A DNA stretch of 64,000 nt from positions 1 to 64,000 of IMG/VR virus record IMGVR_UViG_3300009157_000018; one strand, written 5' to 3'. This document shows, one piece after another, positions 46,110-52,547 of this stretch; the first letter of the stretch is position 1, and each line of letters starts with the position of its first letter. A model generated the notes under the pieces. The model saw nothing but the letters and a program-made list of their open reading frames with translations. It had not been told where the DNA came from and searched no databases. The DNA is from a virus. The translations under genes were made by a program, and so were the position numbers.

Positions 46110-46420
46110 CCGAGTGCCCTAGCACTTTAGGTATAGAACCTTGTGGCCGTTGCCACGCTGCTGACTTCCCGTCGTGGATTCTCCCAAGTCTGTGTCCTTT
46201 AATTTCCAGACTATATCCAGCTCGCGGGAAGCGATAATGGATAGTTGTGAAAGCCACAACAAGAGTCACCACTATAAAATACCTTTGGGGAGTTTATGGG
46301 AAGGTGTACACCACTACTCTTGCTCTTGCAAGTCCTGCTCCCCAAAGGCAGTTAAATTGGCTTCGCGGGTTTCTAGTAAGACCCCAAGCCAGTTACCTTC
46401 TGCCACAACTAGAACACGGC
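46110..46420 (-). ncRNA. putative ~310-nt structured ncRNA of unknown family
   Basis: terminal stem GTGTTCTAG/CTAGGGCAC, long-range TTGTGGC/GCCACAA, at least 6 hairpins, complementary loops. Confidence 0.6.
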
Positions 46421-46613
46421 GGTAACGAATAAATGAGGTAAGGCTTGCCTGGATACGCTACCCATGACCAAGGCGTCCGTCCAGGGCGATGGAATCCAAG
46501 CCATCGCCGTGCGTGGGGAGGAGGTACCCCACACCGTATTCGCCAATTGTTAAAGTTGCTGTGACCCCGGCCGGGTTCTCCCTTGGTTCGCTACCAGAGC
46601 CACAGCAAATAAT

Positions 46614-46631
46614 TGGTACGTCCTACAGGAA
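46614..46631 (-). pseudogene. 3' remnant of a deleted tRNA
   Basis: TTCCTGT-AGGACGT-ACCA only. Confidence 0.5.
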
Positions 46632-46632
46632 A

Positions 46633-46709
46633 TGGTAGGGACCCCGAGAGTCGAACTCGGCTAAACTACCTTATCAGAGTAGCGCTCACGACCGGCCTGC
46701 CCGATCCCT
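46633..46709 (-). tRNA. tRNA-Ile(GAU)
   Basis: loop CTGATAA. Confidence 0.85.
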
Positions 46710-46710
46710 A

Positions 46711-46788
46711 TGGTAGCCTCTCATGGAATCGAACCATGCTCTGAGCCGCTTATAAGACGGATTCCCTCTACCAGAGAGAACAGAGGCC
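46711..46788 (-). tRNA. tRNA-Ile(UAU)
   Basis: loop CTTATAA. Confidence 0.8.
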
Positions 46789-46796
46789 ATTCTGAT

Positions 46797-46870
46797 TGGT
46801 TGCGGGTACGAGAATCGAACTCGTTATCCACAGGTTATGAGCCTGGGCAACCCACCAGGGTCTACCCGCG
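46797..46870 (-). tRNA. tRNA-fMet(CAU)
   Basis: loop CTCATAA; C1:A72 mismatch. Confidence 0.8.
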
Positions 46871-46878
46871 AAGATCAT

Positions 46879-46952
46879 TGGAGCAGATAGCCGGGTTCGA
46901 ACCGACGATTCCTGCATGGCACGCAAGCGTGTTACCACTATACCATATCTGC
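46879..46952 (-). tRNA. tRNA-Gly(GCC)
   Basis: loop GTGCCAT, U73. Confidence 0.88.
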
Positions 46953-46953
46953 T

Positions 46954-47028
46954 TGGCTGCGTCTCTTCGATTCGAACGAAGGGTACACGGGTTCAGAGCC
47001 CGCCGCCTTACCGCTTGGCTAAGACGCA
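46954..47028 (-). tRNA. tRNA-Gln(CUG)
   Basis: loop CTCTGAA. Confidence 0.88.
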
Positions 47029-47139
47029 AAGATGTGTACGGTCTTAAGGCAAGGAGACCATCACAGGAGGTTTACCGCTCTGGCATTGCTGCCCTCTCGG
47101 TCTAACTCAGCACAGCTAGTACACAGACCCGTACTTAAT

Positions 47140-47226
47140 TGGCGGAAGTTGTAGGACTCGAACCCACACGGGCTTTCACACCCATCACTCTTTTCAGGAG
47201 AGCTAAGTACACCAATACGAACTTCC
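47140..47226 (-). tRNA. tRNA-Ser(UGA), atypical C33
   Basis: loop CCTGAAA, long variable arm, G73. Confidence 0.75.
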
Positions 47227-47334
47227 GCGTTTGTTAATTTTGACCCCGGTTACCTGACCACCGAAGTGACCAACCAACCAATCCACCGACTCGCCGGGGG
47301 TCGTTCCAAGGCTGCACCAAGGAGGACAGTGCTA

Positions 47335-47363
47335 ACTGTAACACAGCTCTTTGGGCTTGTCAA
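47335..47363 (-). promoter_or_regulatory. promoter at head of tRNA/ncRNA island
   Basis: TTGACA-17nt-TACAGT with TG extension. Confidence 0.7.
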
Positions 47364-47375
47364 GTGCGAATCGGC

Positions 47376-47411
47376 GCGAGGGACGCCCGGACTAAGCCGA
47401 GCGCCCCCCGC
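47376..47411 (-). terminator. GC hairpin after tail tube gene
   Basis: GCGGGGGGCGCTCGG-CTTAGT-CCGGGCGTCCCTCGC; no U-tract. Confidence 0.5.
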
Positions 47412-47418
47412 AGGCCAT

Positions 47419-48654
47419 CTAGACATGCTTAGTGATGTACCAAGTGAAGTTCTGCGAGTTGGTGAAGGTATATTGCTTCCCAACCTGAGCATCCACTGCT
47501 ACATCTTTCACATCTCCTGTAATCGTCACACCAGACAACACATCGGTTCGAAGAACCTGGTGGGTGTCGGGATGCTTGAATTCCAACTTGATGGCAATGT
47601 CATTTCGGAATGCATCGACGGGGAAATCAGTATCAGTTGTAGCGGTGCTACCACCAATCATGATCTTCTCTAGATCGAAGTCTTCCGCGAAGACAGTGAA
47701 GTTACCCGTTACATCGGCTGGAGTCTGACGCCATGATCCAACCTTTTGGCTACCCATTCCTTCTTCGCTCTGGGCGTTGAAGTTCATGGTTGCGTCAACG
47801 CTCTGCATACCTCTCACTTGCATGCCATTAGGGGCGTTTGCAGTGATGGTAACAGGGATATGATAGTAACCACGAATAGCTGCAGGACTTACGGTGTCCT
47901 TGGCTTGGAACGGATCAGGAGTCGTGCCACCAGTACGCTGGTAAGACCACGCGAACTGAGTGCCGTTAGCGATCTGGGCAAGGATCGTCGCGTTGGTAAT
48001 CGAAACAACCGTACCGCTACATACAAAGTCGTCATTTTCCAGAAGATAAGTGGTAGAACCTGATGGCTGAGCCATCTGGGCGCTAATCAAGAAGTTTCCA
48101 GAAGCCTGCCCACGCGTTAGCGCAATAGCAGTATTCGACAATGTATAGACGGCCTGGCTAGCACCTGATGCTGTCTGATTATCAACTTGAACAAATCGCT
48201 CAAATGCGGTCTTGTTGTCCGCAGTCAGATCGAAGGTCTCCGTTGCCGATGCATTGGTAGCCGCTTGAATACGGTAACTACCGACTGTTGCCTGCCGAAC
48301 GTAAACGCTCTGCAACCATGCAGTACGAGCAGTGTTTCTCTGCATCATTAGAACGTCAACATCAGCGTTGCCAAGCATATCCTGAACAGTCTTATTTGAC
48401 CAGGTATGCGAAGGATCGAAGTTCGCAAACATCGAAATCAATCGAGCATTGACTAAGTTGGCGTCAATAGGTAGCGTGACATCAGGAGAATCGAAGCTGA
48501 TACCTACAACGGTTTCGTTTCCGATTTCCTTTTCCACGGTATTTGGCCGCTGAGCATTCGTGTTAGCAGACTGTACACGGCGAGCCTGTGAACTAGCTGC
48601 TGGAGTGACAATAAACGGCGCTAAGTTTGCTGGGTCTTGTGATAGACGGCCCAT
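47419..48654 (-). CDS. major tail (tube) protein
   Basis: position after tail terminator; beta-rich; two related halves (EIGNE/GMGSQ ... DVT). Confidence 0.7.
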   Translation of the reverse strand: MGRLSQDPANLAPFIVTPAASSQARRVQSANTNAQRPNTVEKEIGNETVVGISFDSPDVTLPIDANLVNARLISMFANFDPSHTWSNKTVQDMLGNADVDVLMMQRNTARTAWLQSVYVRQATVGSYRIQAATNASATETFDLTADNKTAFERFVQVDNQTASGASQAVYTLSNTAIALTRGQASGNFLISAQMAQPSGSTTYLLENDDFVCSGTVVSITNATILAQIANGTQFAWSYQRTGGTTPDPFQAKDTVSPAAIRGYYHIPVTITANAPNGMQVRGMQSVDATMNFNAQSEEGMGSQKVGSWRQTPADVTGNFTVFAEDFDLEKIMIGGSTATTDTDFPVDAFRNDIAIKLEFKHPDTHQVLRTDVLSGVTITGDVKDVAVDAQVGKQYTFTNSQNFTWYITKHV

Positions 48655-48675
48655 AGAAATATTCCTCCGATGGAA

Positions 48676-49158
48676 TTACGCCTCCACAACTCTACGAAGA
48701 GTTGAGAAGACTTGAGCTCTGAATCTTGACTTTTCTGGCAAGATTGACAGAGTAGGAATCTTTTCCCACCCAACATCATCGGTCACGAAGTAGTCATTAA
48801 TCGTAGGACTAGTCTCGTTCCCGGTGGTGAAGTTGTAGATTGGAATGATGTCACGAATCATGTTCTCAATCGTTTCAGCCAACCGGACTCTCTGTGCATC
48901 ATTCGCCCCATAAATGTGACAAAAGATGATTCGCTCTTTCGCGTGATTTCCGAGCTCATACCCCGTAGGCGTACTACTTCGAAGTTCGATGTAGACGCTG
49001 GGCACAGAGATTTCCTCATATACCGGCCAACCATCACGCACCTGAGATACTGTTACAGTATCCCAGCCTAAAGCGCTCAGGCCACTCTGGATAAAATAGG
49101 TTGCGGAGTACTGGTCAATCTCAGCATCCGACAATGTAGTAGGTGTTGGGTTCGGCAT
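48676..49158 (-). CDS. tail terminator-like protein
   Basis: DGWP...VPSVYIE...IYGAND; position in operon. Confidence 0.65.
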   Translation of the reverse strand: MPNPTPTTLSDAEIDQYSATYFIQSGLSALGWDTVTVSQVRDGWPVYEEISVPSVYIELRSSTPTGYELGNHAKERIIFCHIYGANDAQRVRLAETIENMIRDIIPIYNFTTGNETSPTINDYFVTDDVGWEKIPTLSILPEKSRFRAQVFSTLRRVVEA

Positions 49159-49161
49159 CGC

Positions 49162-49845
49162 TTAGTTACCAAACGGAGTCTTGCGATAGTTCCTTGAAGC
49201 AGGACGCTTGGCAAAGCGACCATCTGGAGAGCGGAACACACTCTGCATGTTTTCTTGCACTCTGTTTCTAACTGTATCCCTTGCAACATGAGTAGCTTTC
49301 GCAATAAAGTTACTCGGCGTGCTTTCGACAACGAACGAAGTTGGTTCAACGCCTGCTATTGAAGGCATATCGCCCAAGACAGCTGAGAACCCGGCGTTAA
49401 GAAATACCCATTGAGGAGTCTTCTCGCCCCAATAGTCCAGCCGACCTTCTGTAACTTGTTCTCGACGTGCTGCACTAGCGAGGACTCTGGCTCTAAAGAG
49501 ATCGAAGCGGCCAGTTCCTCCGTGCCATAAACCAGGAACACCGAATATTTCCTCGATATCCCCTTCGTCACCTACGATATCAGTATCAAAGATACCGAAG
49601 GCATGTCTTCCCCCTGTTCGGAAAGTCCGGCTGATATTCTCAGCAAACTGTCTAATGCTAAAACCAACTTGTGCATATGTTTCCGGGTTGGCTGCAACAG
49701 AATTGATGATTGTATCTTTAGCCTTATCTAATCCGAATCTAATCCCATCATCAATTGCCCCGCTATCGTTCTCGATAGCGTCAACTATATTGGTGATGCG
49801 TTGTGTGAAATTTTTAGAGTCAATTAGTACCGGCACGGGATTCAA
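49162..49845 (-). CDS. neck/tail completion protein
   Basis: morphogenesis operon context. Confidence 0.55.
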   Translation of the reverse strand: MNPVPVLIDSKNFTQRITNIVDAIENDSGAIDDGIRFGLDKAKDTIINSVAANPETYAQVGFSIRQFAENISRTFRTGGRHAFGIFDTDIVGDEGDIEEIFGVPGLWHGGTGRFDLFRARVLASAARREQVTEGRLDYWGEKTPQWVFLNAGFSAVLGDMPSIAGVEPTSFVVESTPSNFIAKATHVARDTVRNRVQENMQSVFRSPDGRFAKRPASRNYRKTPFGN

Positions 49846-50041
49846 CCTCGGTGTTGGTGATTCGCGTATACATGATCCGCTTGGACGCGTTCATCGTATC
49901 TTTCACGATACGACTGATCCGCTCGTCCTTACCACCAAGATGAGCTTCGATATCCGATAGCAGCGCCGCAATACCACGATTGGTGTGCTGTTGAAGCGCT
50001 TCTGCAATAAACTGTTCAGTGACTAAATCCAGTTTTGCCAT
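49820..50041 (-). CDS. hypothetical protein
   Basis: 73-aa ORF, SD AGGA. Confidence 0.6.
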   Translation of the reverse strand: MAKLDLVTEQFIAEALQQHTNRGIAALLSDIEAHLGGKDERISRIVKDTMNASKRIMYTRITNTEVESRAGTN

Positions 50042-50042
50042 C

Positions 50043-50450
50043 CTAATCCTTCCGTGTCAATGCTAATATCAATCGCGACTGGCCCATCGCTTCTCCTGGG
50101 TCCTCGTTAAAGAGGAAATTCCATTGAACCCCATCCATCTCAACATAGTCACAGTTGTTCAAGGTGCTTCGGTAGCGGGCATCCACCTTGACAGAACACT
50201 GTCCCAAGAAGGTAAGGCCACCAGCCACCGGGTTCCATCGCTTCACTGCACCAGGCTGGTAATAACTTGTTATGTAGATTGGAGTCCACTTATTGTCATA
50301 GCCTGTCCCATCGCAATGATCACACTCAATGTTGACAGCTACATTGCCGAGGGCGTTGAGGCCGCCGCAGACCGCGCAGAAGACGAGTTCCTCTTCCGGG
50401 GTTCTTGCATAGGCGATGATTGTTTTTGGTCGCTTAAAACTGGTTGGCAT
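50043..50450 (-). CDS. head-closure-like protein with Zn finger
   Basis: CAVC...CDHCDGTGY; position in operon. Confidence 0.6.
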   Translation of the reverse strand: MPTSFKRPKTIIAYARTPEEELVFCAVCGGLNALGNVAVNIECDHCDGTGYDNKWTPIYITSYYQPGAVKRWNPVAGGLTFLGQCSVKVDARYRSTLNNCDYVEMDGVQWNFLFNEDPGEAMGQSRLILALTRKD

Positions 50451-51688
50451 GTCGCCTCGATGATCTTCTGTAATTCCTGAGCTTTGGATTCCCATGTATG
50501 CGGAATAGCCCACTTGTGTGCCCGCTCAACCGTTTCGGCTACATGCTCAGGATGCGTATACACAAATTCCAGTTGCTCTGCTAGCGAGCGCCAAGAAGGC
50601 TTCGCGAAGAAGGAATACGCTGCCATGTTGCCAGGTTCATAATCCTGTACATCAATGAAATACCCTCGCCCGCGTTCGTGGAGCTCAACCTGAGGCCCAA
50701 ATTTAGTCGCGATCACTGGCGTCTTGGTAATCATGGCTTCTAGGCTTGGAAGGCCGAAGCCTTCGCCACGTGTTGGGAAAGCCAACACATCAGCCGCGTT
50801 ATAGAAGATGTTCATCTCTTCGTCGGTAAAGATGTTGGCGTTCTGCATCAGAACCGCATCAACCAACCCGTAAATGTCCCGGAGGTTAAATAGCGACCAC
50901 CCACCGTGGGTCGGACTCATCGGATTAGCCGAAGTATGAGGGATAAGGAACATTTCCTTATCAGGATGGAGTTTTCGAAACTCCATATAGCCCTTAAACA
51001 GAGTAGGAATGTCCTTACGCCATTGATTCGTGCCAACGAAGTAAACTAGGAACTTGTCTCTGAAATCAGGGATTACTGATCCCCGATTGTACTTACGGAA
51101 CACATCGCTGAGTTCCTTCTTGGCCTGTTCCTTAGGAATCGGGAAGTAAACTTTCGGATCGTATCCGTGATACAGGACCGGCATCTTCTCGAAGTCCGGG
51201 GAAGTCCGGGCCATCATTGCCTTTTGCCAGTAGGAATACGAAATCACTTCATCGAAGTTGGCCGCGATATCAGCGAACGCTGGAGGAAATGGCTCCGAAT
51301 CCATAGGCGAGTAAATGATCTTCTTAGCCCGATGCTTACCCAGAGGAGTAAGTTCTTTCGTTTCCCGGTCGCCCAAATAACGCATTACCACAGGGAAGTC
51401 GTTATTGATAAAGATTACATCTGGATCAAAGGTGCGAACCCACGCATTGGACTTGGTGTAACCAAACGGGTCCATCGCGTTATACATACCTGTCGGATCG
51501 GGAGAATAGAATCCAGCTGGGACCAACTTCCACGGAGTAGTTACCGGCTCCAGGTCATTGTAGTTAATGCCCAAGTGCAGAATCTCGTATTTCCCTGTCT
51601 TATACAGGTTTGTAAGTAAGCCCTTGGCAACTATGCCAAACCCAGTGCGTCCATGGTCACCGATGTACATCAATTTCAGTTTTTCCAA
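50339..51688 (-). CDS. glycosyltransferase family 4 (GT-B)
   Basis: TGFG, NQWRKD, YNAADV, EGFGLPSLEAM. Confidence 0.92.
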   Translation of the reverse strand: MEKLKLMYIGDHGRTGFGIVAKGLLTNLYKTGKYEILHLGINYNDLEPVTTPWKLVPAGFYSPDPTGMYNAMDPFGYTKSNAWVRTFDPDVIFINNDFPVVMRYLGDRETKELTPLGKHRAKKIIYSPMDSEPFPPAFADIAANFDEVISYSYWQKAMMARTSPDFEKMPVLYHGYDPKVYFPIPKEQAKKELSDVFRKYNRGSVIPDFRDKFLVYFVGTNQWRKDIPTLFKGYMEFRKLHPDKEMFLIPHTSANPMSPTHGGWSLFNLRDIYGLVDAVLMQNANIFTDEEMNIFYNAADVLAFPTRGEGFGLPSLEAMITKTPVIATKFGPQVELHERGRGYFIDVQDYEPGNMAAYSFFAKPSWRSLAEQLEFVYTHPEHVAETVERAHKWAIPHTWESKAQELQKIIEATCQPVLSDQKQSSPMQEPRKRNSSSARSAAASTPSAM

Positions 51689-51744
51689 CCGTCCATCCTC
51701 TTAGTAGTTCAGCAGTTAGTTCAGCAGTTCCGTAGCCTATATAA

Positions 51745-51755
51745 ATTATACCACA
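51745..51755 (-). promoter_or_regulatory. extended -10 promoter for GT4 gene
   Basis: TGTGGTATAAT. Confidence 0.6.
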
Positions 51756-51756
51756 C

Positions 51757-52539
51757 TTATACAGGTATTTCGGTAATGGGTTCTGGATCACCTGAGTCTC
51801 TGTGCCAATATGTAGCCGAGTCCCATTTGATTCCAGGATAATATACCTTGTCACGGTTGTACATTGTGCCGTCTCCGGCTGTGTCAAACCACTCCTCAGC
51901 ACTCTTATCAGCAATGAAGTCATCCAGCGATTTCCACTCCATCTCGAATGGGGTGCCGTTGAATGACATTTCAGCATCATGCCAGTTACCTTTGCCTGCC
52001 CACCATGCGCTACGCGCCATGAGCGAGGCTACATTGGCGATAAACTCCATGTCAGCTGCCGTTGCAGTGGGCGTAACAGCTCCAAGCACGCTGGTATATC
52101 CAAAGTCAGGTAGGCGTCTCGAAATCCATGCTGTGGCCTGATCAATCCACTCCCGAGCTGCGTCATCATCTACATGGTCATCGTCAATTGACGAGTCGAT
52201 AACCTTAGCCCGCCACCGCTCCAAGATCAAATACGAAGTCTTGTTGAAGACGTTGTAATAGACCTCCTCGGTCTGCAAGTTGCCGGTCTCGATCAAAACA
52301 CTGATGTATCCAACATAACGACCCGCATTTGTTGTTGCTGGAGAGGACTGCGGGATCACATACGAAGCGAGTCCAGACTGAACGAAGCAAGTACCGTCAT
52401 CAACGATCAGGGTACCTGTATCCATGTTGATAATGTCGATGGTCGCGGAGACTGGTAGCACAGGAGTGACTCCATCCGCAGCGAATACATCGACACTCAG
52501 CGGGCCACCGTAATCTCCAATGTAGAATTTCTGAGCCAT
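51757..52539 (-). CDS. head-tail adaptor-like virion protein
   Basis: Ig-like N-terminus plus helical C-terminus; position in operon. Confidence 0.55.
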   Translation of the reverse strand: MAQKFYIGDYGGPLSVDVFAADGVTPVLPVSATIDIINMDTGTLIVDDGTCFVQSGLASYVIPQSSPATTNAGRYVGYISVLIETGNLQTEEVYYNVFNKTSYLILERWRAKVIDSSIDDDHVDDDAAREWIDQATAWISRRLPDFGYTSVLGAVTPTATAADMEFIANVASLMARSAWWAGKGNWHDAEMSFNGTPFEMEWKSLDDFIADKSAEEWFDTAGDGTMYNRDKVYYPGIKWDSATYWHRDSGDPEPITEIPV

Positions 52540-52547
52540 AATCGCCT

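Noticed and set aside
46110-46420. RNase P RNA
   Set aside because: P1/P2/P3-like topology is present, but the conserved GAGGAAAGUC and CR-V/P4 sequences are absent.
34864-47363. CRISPR or other repeat-spacer array
   Set aside because: The recurring TTCGAA and TGG words are tRNA T-loops and CCA ends. There are no identical repeats and no cas genes.
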